Source of the DNA: Strigamia acuminata
Taxonomy: Eukaryota
DNA length: 64,000 nucleotides
Direction of reading: 5' to 3'
Assembly: GCA_949358305.1 (NCBI GenBank)
Contig: OX442314.1
Span: forward strand, 13,082,001 to 13,146,000
The number at the start of each line of letters is the position of its first letter. Within the stretch, counting starts at the first letter, position 1. The notes beneath the pieces are model-generated. The model did no database searches. It saw nothing but the letters and a program-made list of their open reading frames with translations, and was not told where the DNA came from. A program made the position numbers and the translations under genes. Positions 49,972 to 62,400 of the stretch are shown piece after piece.

Positions 49972-52569
49972 ATGGTTAACTGTGCAGTAGCTGTATGTGT
50001 CAATCACTCAAATAAAACAAAAGGGCAAAATATTTCTTACCATACATTTCCAGTGGGTAATCCAGCACTATGCCGCTTATGGGTTACACGATGCAAGAGA
50101 AAAGACAAATTTAATGAAAAAAATGCGAGAATATGCTCCATTCATTTTACTCCCGATGCTTTTCAATTAAATCCTGTGAATGAAATGCTGAATGTCCCAT
50201 ATGTGAAATCCTTAAAGCGCACTGCTGTACCCACTGAGCATTTAAGAAAAGAAGCTCTAGGTAAGAAATTTAGGACATGAAATAAATATATGAAAGAAAT
50301 ATGAATGAAATGGAATAAATTAAATATAAACAAAATATGAATTTTAATATACAAACAGAATATTTTACATTTTTTTAGCCTCAACTATAACTACGACTGA
50401 TACGATTAAAATAACAACGGAAAAGGCAACTACAGATCAGCTGTCTCCTCCTCAACCATCAGCCCTTTCACCAATTACACCATCTGATAATCAATGTAAG
50501 CAATATTATAGTGAAAAAACTTTAAAGTTTGAATTAAAATTAAAATTAAATTTTTTTTAACAGGTAGAATGAATCGATATGAGGCTAGGTGTATACGAAA
50601 GCGAGCACTGGAACACATTCAGCAAATTTCACCGAAGAAAACTATCTTCGATCCGGGTTGTAGTAGCGATATACAAGATGTAACATTTGCTCATCCTGAA
50701 GAGAAAATTAAACAGTCGGAAGCGGAAAAGGAACAGCGGGAAGCGGAAAAGAAACAGTGGGAAGCGGAAAAGAAACAGTGGAAAGCGGAAAAGGAACAGT
50801 GGAAAGCGGAAAAGGAACAGTTGGAAGCGAGAAACAGACACTTAGAACAAGAAGCGATCATTGATACCAAGATAAAGGCGCTTTTGAAGAAGGAATTAAG
50901 CATTAGCAAGAACAGTAACCATCATTTCTTTTTTTTTAAAAATCACATTTTAATTTTTTAAAAATATATTACAGGAGACAAACAGCGCATCCATTCGTTA
51001 AATGCACAGCTACTGAAATCTAAATTGAGTAATTCATTAAAATCAAGAAGAAATGAGCATGAGGTATTCAAGAACAAATTTACTGCAATTTTAAAACGTG
51101 TATTCACCGAGGGTCAAATCCGATGTCTCCTTAATGGAGGAAAACGAGTGAACTGGGTGACTGAAGACATTGCAGCAGCTTTGACCTTAAAGTCTATTTC
51201 ACACCGAGCCTACAACTGCATACGGAGCTATGGGTTTCCGCTGCCTTCGATCTCAACACTTCGTTCATGGACCAAAGGTTTTACATGTGAACCCGGGATT
51301 ATTCACAACATTATCACCATACTGAAACCAAAAGTTGCTGGATGGACCGAATTAGAAAAGTTGGCTGTGCTGAGCTTCGATGAGATGAATGTTGATGGGA
51401 GAAAATGCTACGATCATGGACTAAACAAGTTTCTTGGACCTTACCATAATGTTCAAGTGGCAATGGTACGTGGGTTAACCAAAAATTGGAAACAACCAAT
51501 TTTTTACGATTTTGATGTACACATGACTGACAAACTATTAATACAGATTATTAAGGCTGTTCAACGAACCGGTTTAATTGTTTGCGCAGTCGTGTGTGAC
51601 ATGGATCCAAAAAATCAAACAACATGGACAGACTTAAAAGTAACTCACGAAAAAAGTTTTTTCCAAAACCCAGACTATGATGATCGACGAATATGGGCAC
51701 TTTATGATACACCACATCTTTTAAAACTTATTCGAAGTCACTTTTTAGACCAAAGTGTAACCATAGAAAATGGTGTTAAAGTGGACAAGAAAGTTATTGA
51801 AGATCTACTTAGCACAGATGAGACAGCGGAATTTAAAGTAATACATCACATCTCATACAGCCATATAAATGTTAAAGATAAGGGTAGGCAAAATGTCCGA
51901 CTTGCTGCCCAATTATTATCCAGACGAACAGCAGTAGGTGTCAAGAGCCTCTTACATAAAAGCAAGGAAGCTAAATTTTTTTCAACCTTTAATGATGGGT
52001 TTGATGTTCTCAACTCACGGTTAATAGATGATAAAAGTAATCGACACAAATCAGCATACGGCTCCCATTTTATAGAGCAAGACGGCGCTTTAGAAGACTT
52101 AAAAGTCATGTGTTTCAACGCACGTTTTGGTACTTCAAAAAAGCTCTTGCCTTGTCAACGAGGTTTCATCATGACCATCGAATCTGTTCGAGGCCTATAC
52201 CAAGACATTATAAAGATGGGCGGAAAGTTTATTTTAACTTCTCGTCTAAACCAAGATTGCTTGAAAAATTTTTTCTCAAGAATTCGCAATTTTGGCTCAT
52301 TTTGTGATAACCCACTGCCTTCTGAAGTCCGCACCAGAATTAAATTCCTGATTTTAAGTTCTGGTGCAGGGACCACCACAGTATCACCAAAGGCATCAAC
52401 AGATGAACAGCCTAGTCAATCACTTGTTGAAAACTCCGAGGAGGATTTATTGGCTTTCATTACCAATGAATTATTTATTGATATTGTGGATGAGATGGAT
52501 ACAGTAGAACAGCCTGTGACTGCAGCCTCTGATGACCCAGATGCACTTCTCCCGGAAGCACTGGTCTAA
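49972..52569 (+). CDS. THAP-domain P-element transposase-like protein (783 aa, 4 exons)
   Basis: Exons 49972-50260, 50379-50495, 50564-50914, 50975-52569 (2352 nt, open). THAP C2CH (CAVAVC...YHTFP...W...ICSIHF...AVPT), coiled coil, LPSISTLRSW, LSFDEM, WKQPIFYDFD, VCDMD, DTPHLLKLIR, QNVRLAAQLLS, FDVLNS, TSRLNQDCLKNFFSRIR. Confidence 0.9.
50719..50832 (+). repeat. 21-bp coding tandem repeat encoding (E/K)AEK(E/K)Q(W/R/L) heptads
   Basis: GAAGCGGAAAAGGAACAGCGG-like unit x5 within transposase exon 3. Confidence 0.9.
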
Positions 52570-53057
52570 ATCAAACCTACGACCTATCGGTAGATCAAGA
52601 AAATAAATTTCTAAATGTTATTATGTTTGCTATTATTATTATTCAAGAAATAAATATTTGATTACAAAAAGAAAACTGCCTAAATTTAATTTCCTTATTT
52701 CCATTAAACATTATTCTAACATAATAATTTAATTTAAATATATGCCATTTCATTGGTCAATCATTGATATTATTAATCATAGGTTGCGTTTAAAAATTAA
52801 AGTTATCAGCAGTTTGAAATAACGAATTGGGGGGCATAGTGTGGGCATAGTCAACTATCGTTCTCATTTCCGTGACGTTGACCCACTTGGTTGACGCTCC
52901 AAGCAGCCTGAGTCTGCCTGAGTAACACCCCTGATCATCAGTGCCTTCAATTTTTCCAAAATAAACTACATACTTAAAAGAAAAAAAAGGTATTTTTATA
53001 TAGTTTTGCATATAATTTTATATACAAACCTCCATTTTTGGGCGTTTTTGGAGAATT

Positions 53058-53200
53058 TTAGGTGGTTTTTGTAGATTTTGAGGTTTTGTAGATTTTGAGG
53101 TTTTTGTAGATTTTGAGGTTTTTGTAGATTTTGAGGTTTTTGTGAGGTTTTTGTAGATTTTGAGATTTTTGTGAGGTTTTTGTGCGGATTTTGTAGCTTT
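53058..53200. repeat. 18-bp-based tandem repeat (GAGGTTTTTGTAGATTTT) next to a hAT-like terminus at ~53340
   Basis: Units read directly; CCCCAGTTTGAGAAACGTTG at 53321-53340 resembles hAT MITE ends. Confidence 0.7.
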
Positions 53201-53577
53201 TGCCAGCCTACAGGCAGTAAGTGGGAATTGAAGTTGGCAAAAATTGAAAAAAAAATTAAAAAAAAAAATTTTTGCAAACAAAACTTCTGGGCGACAAAGT
53301 GATTTAACACTACTGTTGCGCCCCAGTTTGAGAAACGTTGGGCTACTCATTATTTTAACTCAGAAATATTTCAAACAAACTTAATAAAACTTTATTTTTT
53401 TTCAATTCGCAGGTCTAGAATAACTTAACATTTATTTCAGTATGCATTGAATGTGCTTATGTAGAAATTTTGAGCATTTTTAAGGATACAAAATTATTAA
53501 AATAAGATATACTGTGTATGCAATTGTAAATAAAGACTAGATGTCTAAATATATATATATATTTATATGTATGTATT

Positions 53578-54919
53578 TTAAACTTCTATTCCTTGATTAG
53601 AATGTTGTCTACGTTGCTGGAGCACCAATTCATTGTTCAGTTTTGCTTTTTCTGTACGCGTGTGCCAAACAAACACCTAATTTAAAATAAAATAAAATAA
53701 AAATTTATCAAACATAAACAACAAGTATTTACAAATGTTTTACCTTTGTACAATTACCAGCTTTAGGTTCTAATTGATCAATTCTCACTAATTTTTGCAA
53801 AAAATGAGATTCCTGATAGCCACGTGGAACAGTGAGATTATAAGTAGCTTTTGGATGCTCCAGAAGAAACGATAAATTAACAGCGAATCCAGCCATGTCT
53901 AAAATAAAAAATATTATTCAATAATATTTTTTAAAAAATCCAATTTTTCCAGATTTACCGATTGGAAAAGGCCGGTTTGTTTTCCACGCGGTAATCCAGC
54001 CTGTCACCGAATTGTTTTGCACGATGGGTCCCTCCAGCAGCAACCCACCAACGAGCCCCACCGGCCACACGGAAACTCTTTTCGTGTTCCTCATCTAAAA
54101 GATATTTTTAAAAAAGTTAGAATTTATTTTTTAAAACATTATTATGCAGTTTACTTCTTCGAACAAGCGTAAATCGTAAGTATTATCATCGTCCGCAAAG
54201 TACACGACGCCATTTGCAGTTTTTGGTGTGAAATGATCACGAAGCCACGCTATTCCGACGTTTCTCTGAATAACTCCCCTCGGTTTCAACCAACTCGGGT
54301 CAACATTGCTGAGTTTATACTTGGGTGGGGTGGCGACGTTGAGATGAGTGTACGAGAGAGATGAACGCCGTAGGAGTTTGCTAACTTTGTCTGTTTTCTC
54401 TTTGGAGTCTTCCACGACTATCCAATGGAAATTCGGAATGAGAAGAAACGACTGAGAGAGTCTGGTGAGTTCAGCTTTTTGAGTCGGGCGCAAATAAGTC
54501 GGAGTGATGGCGTAAATCGTTGAAAGGCCGGATTGGTTGTCTAGGAAATGCTCAAAGTTGAAATCATTCGGTAGGTAAGGAAGAACGAGTTGTTTCAGTC
54601 TTCTAATCTGCAAAACGAGCGGTTTGTGTGAGTTTGAATGTGATAATTGTATCGTTTATTGCGTATACTTTTAATTTGTACTCGACTAGTTTGAATTTAT
54701 ATTCATTTTCTTCGTCGTTGCACGCTTTTAGATTCTCTTTGATGTTGTCATCTAACCAAAGACGCATGAAACCTGCAATGAACAATAGTTATTGGTTATT
54801 GGTTATTGCGTAAAGATTAGGAAGAGGAAGTGTTTACCAACTTGCAAAACCAACCATAAGGTGATGATGGAGGATATTACAATGAAATAGAATACCGCTC
54901 TGCGGCAGAACTTAACCAT
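53578..54919 (-). CDS. Galactosylgalactosylxylosylprotein 3-beta-glucuronosyltransferase (GT43, B3GAT/GlcAT-I-like), 6 exons
   Basis: Type II TM at the N terminus; [80 protein letters not shown]...GIEV*. Confidence 0.95.
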
Positions 54920-55769
54920 TCCCCTACGTCTTTCTCTTTTTATCAGTTAGATCCATCCTGGAAATAAAAACGATCGTAATCAGTTACATTTCTCACTTTA
55001 AATCTTTCATATTCATAACTAGTCGAATCGCTTGTTGATATAATATCGCTGGTGGTATGCGCCATCTAGTGTCAAAAATCTTTAAAATGTATATAAAGGC
55101 GTTTTAAAATAAGATACGGCTATATTATAGTAGTACAGAACAATAAATTTAAAAAAATAAAAATAAAAATATGAATTCTTTTAGTTTCTGGTTTGAATGA
55201 CAAAGTTTTTTGAATAAGCTTTGTTTACTGGTCTCGTGTGTGTTTCCAGTTGAATTATGACTGCAGTGAATGTCATCATTGTCGTTCTTAAGTCGACTAG
55301 AAAGTGTAAAATAGTTATTGCCAAAGAAACCTTCGAAGGTATGATTTAAAATATTTATTGATTTTTCTTCTAATACATAAAAACAAAACTTTTTTTTGGA
55401 TGAGTGACGATTTTACACAATTCTTAAGGTTTGAATTGAAATGTTTTTTTTATCCCATTTCTTTATTTTTAGGATTCTTGGTTTTTTAACAGTGTGATTG
55501 TGAGACGAAGTGCAAATTGATGACAGTTAAACCCTTTTAATGGCCACTCTTAAGTACCGTCGCCGCTTCCTAGACGATTTGAGTCACGTGCAAATCTTGT
55601 GCCCGTGATTCTCTTCGAAGTCGCATCATTTCTTTGATAGCGGGTTATAACCGTATAATTTTCACATGAAGCGTTCACTTAACGTTGAAAGCGACCGCAC
55701 TTTCGTCGGTTAATGCATGTGAAAACAGTGGCATACCCTGTTTTAATATTATTCACATAATTTTATTGA

Positions 55770-56101
55770 TTTGCTTGTTTGTTATTGCTATTTTTGGAAT
55801 TATATTTGCAATTAGATTTAGACAAAGTAAGGTATTCCAATCAAATTAACATCTCATTGATTTGGGTTTCTTGAATCGCAACAGTTACCTTAGTAACCGT
55901 GCCTATGCACAGGCATGCGAAGTTATCAATCAATAAAATGAGGAATTAAAATGGTATTAGTTTGGGATTAATCCCAAACCACTTCATGTTAAGAAGTCAA
56001 ACGAGATTGATGATTCATATTCATTTTTTTGTTGTTTTATGGGCAGTAATTGTATTCAAACACGATTCTTCCAAGCTCGATGCTGATTTTTTATACGGCA
56101 T
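55770..56101 (-). pseudogene. Truncated, decayed paralog of the LRR gene at 56734-58392
   Basis: Begins MPYKKSASSLEESCLNTI (vs MPRRKSASSLEELCLNTI), then early stop; 56050-56190 aligns with 58341-58482. The left boundary is approximate. Confidence 0.7.
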
Positions 56102-56733
56102 GTCTTATACAAAATGGTTGGTGAAATGATTATAGATAAGTGGAGTGAACCATCGCTTAAATAGAACCTTATAAATGAACTGTTGACGGTTACTAACCCT
56201 AACTAATCTGAGTCCTCTCCAAGGTCCGCACTACCTCCGTGTTTACTATAAAAATTCTCACTTTGAACATCGGTTATATTTTTAAAACTTCCAAAAACCC
56301 ACACCCTTTGACGATTTCCTGTTTATTTATCGAAATGTGAAGCTTCTTTTCGAAACGTAACGGCAAATGAATAGTAGAGATTTTTTTGTTTTTAAGTCCA
56401 ATTTTATTATTTATTATTATTTTATCAAATTATGAATAATTTAATTATTAGGTGAATAAATATTAGGTGATTTCGATGATTTTTGTTGATTTTTGTTGCA
56501 TTCAATGTTGTGGTATTAGTGAACAATCGCCGCCTAAATGCGCATGCTACTGCAGGATGAAAATAATAAGTGGATAAATTTGTATGTTAGGTACTTTTAT
56601 ATACCGGTATTTTAACAAACATGTTTAAACACCTCAGAATCAGAAAAATGGAAAATTTCGACGTATTAATGAGAGAATTGAAAATAAATGCTTGCCGTTG
56701 AGCACATTGGATTTGCTTATTTGATCATGTACC

Positions 56734-58392
56734 TTACATGTCCCTTTCAAATCGAAGACGCAAATTTTGAACTTGAGCATAATTTGCAATCACATCACAA
56801 GCTGGTTTGTCCATACTTTGGCAGTTATAAATGAATAAATACCTTAGTGGATTCTTCAATGATACCAATTTTAAAACTATTGCTGAACTTATCGAGTGGC
56901 AATGATCAATGCTCAACGACATGAGATTTTGCAGTAAATTCATTTCGACGAGCTTTGTGATCAAGTTATCGGAAAAAGATTGACAATCCTCAACATCTAG
57001 GTTCTCTAAATTAACGGAATTTACAAGTAACATTTGTAAATGTTGTTCGGATATTGTGTTTTGTTGTTCACCCGGTTTGTCAGAAATGAATAGTGAACGC
57101 AGATTTCTGAATGTAACCTGATGGGATACGGTTTTCAAATTGTAAGAAGAAGTTGTTTTAACACAGAATGAACAATTGATCAAAAATAAACTTTTTAACA
57201 TTGGACAGAAAATGCCGATTTGCTGAATATTGACTGGACCAATTTCACATAGGTGTAAGCTACCGTCTTCCCTCGAATATAACGTCATGACGTTGTATTC
57301 GAATACAACGTCATGACGTTGTATTCAAGTTTTTTCTTGCAACTTTTGAAAAATCAGAAAGTATCATGTAATTTGGCAAAATAAATTTGATTGAAAATTT
57401 CAATTACAAAATTTGTATCCAATTCGTTTTAATACGTATCAAATTCGTTTTTCCGGCATCGCGCCTGTAAAAAGCGTACCCCGCAACACTTCCCGGCATC
57501 GCACCCGTCAATGCACTCGAACATAACGTCATGACGTTGTATTCGAAGTGACGTTGTATTCGAACTGACGTTATATTCGAGAAAAGGCATAAACTTTCGA
57601 AAACGGCAATTTTCGAAAAAACTTGAATACAACGTCATGACGTTATATTCGAGGGAAGACGGTAGTTAGTCTTCCCATTGTTTTGGATAGTATTGATTCC
57701 ACTATTGCATAAAAGCAGTTTGTGAATATAGGTGAATAAAATTCAATTTCACGTAAATTTGGAAACATTTGGATGACAATGCTGAGATCGTCATCTGTCC
57801 ACTCACGCAAACGTATACTTTCGAGGGAATATGGCTTTAGCATTTTGTTGGATTTAAAATTTTGTTTTAGGAGTGGAAATAATGTGAAATTACAAACTAA
57901 TGTTTTTAGAAAAGGCAAACTTTTTACGAGTTCACAACATCCATTAGCTGTAACTGTAGATGGAACTTCTAAGTATTCAATTTTCGCGTTTTTCATACTC
58001 ACAATCAACTTGGCTAAAATCAAATCTGAGATCTCATGGTTTCCGTACAAGTGAAGACGTTTTAGGTTGGGCAAATGTTTCACCAATCGTATTACACAAT
58101 CAGACGAAACTTGAAGATATGTTAAATCTAGTTCGGCCAGGTTTTTACACACTTCGATAATTTTATCTACAACTTCGTGTATACTCAGATCGGAAAACCA
58201 GTCCAAACGATCCAATGATCTCGTGCCAGGACGAATAAATTCATCCGCATGCAAACGATAACGAAAAACGTGTGGATATATCTTATTAACCAATGCGGGT
58301 GGAAAATTATGAAGGCGTATCTTGTCGTAATGTGTTGCGATTGTGTTCAAACACAATTCTTCCAAACTCGATGCTGATTTCCTACGGGGCAT
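56734..58392 (-). pseudogene. Intronless LRR (RNI/FBXL-like) gene with N-terminal BC-box-like motif, disrupted by a MITE (418 aa when restored)
   Basis: ORFs 57643-58392 and 56734-57288 join in frame (KTMGRLT-SLHLCEIG) when 57263-57662 plus one TA is removed. LRRs such as CKNLAELDL, LPNLKRLHL, FPNLREIEF, CPMLKSLFL, FRNLRSLFI. Confidence 0.85.
57263..57662. mobile_element. pogo/Tigger-type MITE (400 bp), recent insertion
   Basis: Perfect 38-bp TIRs CCGTCTTCCCTCGAATATAACGTCATGACGTTGTATTC, TA TSD (57261-62, 57663-64), internal repeats of the palindrome AACGTCATGACGTT. Confidence 0.93.
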
Positions 58393-58666
58393 GGCGCGGT
58401 ATTAGATGGTCAGCCAATTAAAGGAATGATTGCAGATCCGTAAAGCATCGTTTAAATAGAACTTGAAAACGTACTATTGACGTTCAGTGACAATTGATAT
58501 CGTTGACGAAATTTAAATTTTATTTTGACTTTTACTTTCATATATAGTTAAAGATACAGAATGAAGCCAAAAATACTTTACGTTGGGAATAAAAGTAATT
58601 TATTTAAATTGACAGTTTAAAATGTATTTTACGTATTCTTTAACTGTTAAAGTGTCGTCATTGAAT

Positions 58667-58787
58667 ACCGGTATTTTAACAAACATGTTTGAACACCTCA
58701 AATTAAAAAAAAATGGAAACTTTTGACGTATTAATGAGAGAATTGAAAATACACACTTGCCATTGGGCACATTGGATTTGCTTATTT
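58667..58787. repeat. Duplicate of the LRR gene 3' flank (56602-56722)
   Basis: TACCGGTATTTTAACAAACATGTTT.AACACCTCA...GACGTATTAATGAGAGAATTGAAAATA...CACATTGGATTTGCTTATTT at both sites. Confidence 0.85.
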
Positions 58788-58790
58788 ACC

Positions 58791-59441
58791 ATTTTACCTG
58801 AAAATTTTGAATTTTACCCGAAAATTTTGAATTTTACCCGAAAATTTTGAATTTTACCCGAAAATTTTGAATTTTACCCGAAAATTTTGAATTTTACCCG
58901 AAAGTTTTGAATTTTACCCGAAAATTTTGAATTTTACCCGAAAATTTTGAATTTTACCCGAAAGTTTTGAATTTTACCCGAAAGTTTTGAATTTTACCCG
59001 AAAATTTTGAATTTTACCCGAAAATTTTGAATTTTACTCGAAAATTTTAAATTTTACCCGAAAATTTTGAATTTTACCCGAAAGTTTTGAATTTTACCCG
59101 AAAATTTTGAATTTTACCCGAAAATTTTGAATTTTACCCGAAAGTTTTGAATTTTACCCGAAAATTTTGAATTTTACCCGAAAATTTTGAATTTTACACG
59201 AAAATTTTGAATTTTACCCGAAAATTTTGAATTTTACCCGAAAATTTTGAATTTTACCCGAAAGTTTTGAATTTTACCCGAAAATTTTGAATTTTACCCG
59301 AAAATTTTGAATTTTACCCGAAAATTTTGAATTTTACCCGAAAGTTTTGAATTTTACCCGAAAATTTTGAATTTTACCCGAAAATTTTGAATTTTACTCG
59401 AAAATTTTGAATTTTACCCGAAAATTTTGAGTTTTTACCCG
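58791..59441. repeat. 20-bp satellite (ATTTTACCCGAAAATTTTGA, ~32 copies)
   Basis: Near-perfect head-to-tail units with a few single-base variants and no unique spacers. Confidence 0.97.
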
Positions 59442-62400
59442 CAAAATGTAAGTTTTACTTAGAGTAGCAAAAAAGTCCAATTTTCACCTTAAAAAAAATC
59501 AATTCTAACAAAATTTCTTTTTTTTTTAATCTCTAAAAAACCTCGAGTTTGTTTCCAATACTGTCTGTCTTTACCCGATAATAATTTTTTTGGGCCATTC
59601 TAACTCACGGTATCAGAAACACCTCAAATAAGAGACAATTCCGCCTGGCAACTCAAATTGTTTATTGGATAAAAGCTGCACCACCTTTCCACGAGCACCC
59701 GAAATGAGTCTAAGTGACACTACAACCCGCTGCGAAATGAATCTGAATGCTGGAATCAATTACTGATCATCTGCTTGTTGCTAATCCACAACATTAGTCG
59801 ATGAAACTGCGCTTGCCCTGAATGTTAACGAGCCAGTAATCTTCTCCTTCCCACAGACAAGCGAGAAATGAATCTGCAGGAGGCGGCACTGACCTCACTT
59901 GGCACCAAATCAAAGCCACGAAAAACGCTAAAAACATGCGGTTTGCGTGGAAACTTTAAAGAAATTCTTCCTTTTCCACCTAAAAATCGATACATCTGAC
60001 AGTTTGTAAATGTTTTTTCCACTAATCTACGCCTCATTATCATGAACTTGATTAATTCCCTTCACTTCTACACAATTTCTCGACTGGGTGTCGTTCATCG
60101 CTGCTGTGTCATTTGATTTTTAAAATCTATGACAAAAAGACACTCCTCGCGCATCGCATGATTTATACGCTTTAAAGCTATTAAAAAAAGTGCAGATGAG
60201 AGAAATAGATAGCGAATGAATAATAACAGGAATTTAAGAAGTTTGCACCGTTAAAATAAGATAAATTAGTCGGATATGGAAAGTTTTGAGTTTCAGAATC
60301 GAACGAACGCATCTGGAATTCAATGATTTAGTGTATACACTGGTCATCTGGTTTGTTGTTACAGTTTTTCCTCTTTTCTGCTCTATGCGCCCAGCCCAAA
60401 CCCACTTATTATCATTTGCTTTTTTTTTCCTTCTTTCTTTTTCTGTTCAATAAACCGAGTTGGTTGAAGTCGAGTGAGTCGATAGGCATTGATTCCCTGG
60501 GAATCTAGTGGGCACGGGTGAAATTTCGATCGGTTTTCTTCCTTTTTTGCTGTTCCGCATTGAAGCACGTGTCACGAGCAGACTCGTCTCCGCCCTCCGA
60601 CTCAAAGAAAACCTCATCCAAAGTCAGAGCGAACACCTGCTCGCTCGCGGAGTTATTCACCAACATTTTTGTTTAATTAACACCCTTCGTTTTGCCGGCT
60701 CGACTTGTTTGATAATCAATAAATTGTTCCTGCGAGTAAATCTTTTGTCATGTCTCAATTAAAAGTCCATTTAAAAAGAATTTTTTTTTTTTTGGGTGTT
60801 CGGTTGGGGGTGTGAATTGGGTGATTGGAATCGAAGTTGTCAGTGGGAAAAGAAAGAGGAGAGATAGAGAGAGAGGTATTTTGGTGTCCAGTCACGTGAC
60901 ATGTTCGGTCTCCCAAGTGGGGTTGAAGTGCAGAGGGAGTTGGATGTCCCTTCGCTTTTTCCATGCCCTCAGAACGAAACGAAGGAATTTCAATTAGGCA
61001 GCCTTCGTGTAAGTGCATCCCGTAAAAAGCATTATCTAAGTTGGCCATCATGCGAGTTGTGCTGAGTGGCCATCTTCTGGTTGAACCGTTAAAGAAAAGT
61101 CGTTCGGCTTTTTATGAGGAGTTCTGAATGGTTGGATTAAAAACAGTTGATGAATTTTTAGAGTTATTGGAATTTGGAAAGGAGAAAAAAATAAAAGAAA
61201 GGAAAAAAATCTCATCCGATGTGTTGAAAGAACAAATGGCTTAATATTAGCCCCGGTTATTCCCACAAGGTTCAAAAATATATTTTACAATATATTGCTT
61301 TTCATGCATTTCGTGGAATTAAGTATATTATTTGAACATTAAATAATGCATTTCATAATACAATTGAAAAAATTCATTTTGAAAATACATTCACATTTGA
61401 CAAATAAAATATTTTGAAAATACATTCATATTTGACAAATTAAACATTTTACAAAATGTATGACTAAATACTATAATACTATAATTTCAGTGTATTTTTT
61501 TATGGGTTATTTGAGACCAGGTCTGGGAAATTCCTTGAATTTATAATTTTTCTTGAATGGCATTTCTACTTGTCATCACCAATAAATCAGAGCATGCGCA
61601 TTATAATGACCCAAACTGTTTATTTTAGGCGACCGAGCGAGCCATCAGATTTAGACGTCATATTGATTTTCCAATCAAACCAGCGATGAATTTTACGGCA
61701 TGTAAACTATGGATTTTCTCGGAAATTTCTCAAAATAAGATCTCTCCGTGATCGAAGTAAGTGAGAATTTTTAAATTTTTCTAAAATTTTTATCACCGAA
61801 AATACAAAAGCACAAAATTGACGGATTGGTCCCTCGAGCCCCAAATTCGGGGCCACAAATTCGTCTTAACAGATAGGATTTTCTGGGGATCCGTAATACG
61901 CACAACATTATTATGCGCGAGAATAGTGTTGCACGGTGCAAATATGCACACGCGCGTCGTCGCAATTGTGTATGCAAACAGTACGCATAATCGCGTGTAT
62001 TATAGACAGATTATAATCTGTTATAGGCGTTATCCTTTTCCCCACCCCATCTTTAAGGTGACTTCAAGTTGAAAATCTCAATTCACCAACACCATTTAGG
62101 TAAAAATTCAATTTACACAGAAATACTGAAGTGACCTCCTGAGGTCAGTCGTGAAATTCGCAGCAATTTATGGAAATGCATCCCCAGGTATGCAATATAC
62201 GCAAACACATTGCGAGCTGAAGAAGCAATATTATGTATACATTTCATGCGGAAGCTTTAGCATTCCAAATTGGAAGTACACAAGACACCTCATTTGTGCA
62301 GTTGACAGGTTTGGAATCTTCGCAAAATAAATGCAGAAACATTTCTCTTTCTTTCTTTCTTTCCAATTTCCAATTTTATTTTATTTTATATTTTATTTCC

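Larger units (their letters stand above)
49740..52620 (+). mobile_element. P-element/THAP9-superfamily DNA transposon (right end not found)
   Basis: Contains the THAP-transposase gene. Candidate left terminus CAAGGGCGGCCATTTG at 49740; no matching inverted terminus or 8-bp TSD found downstream. Confidence 0.6.

Noticed and set aside
52996..53350. ORFs with KPQNLQ / KTSKST repeats
   Set aside because: Translations of a non-coding 18-bp tandem repeat.
58791..59441. CRISPR-like array
   Set aside because: Head-to-tail 20-bp units with no unique spacers, no cas genes, eukaryotic context. The same applies to 19805-19935.
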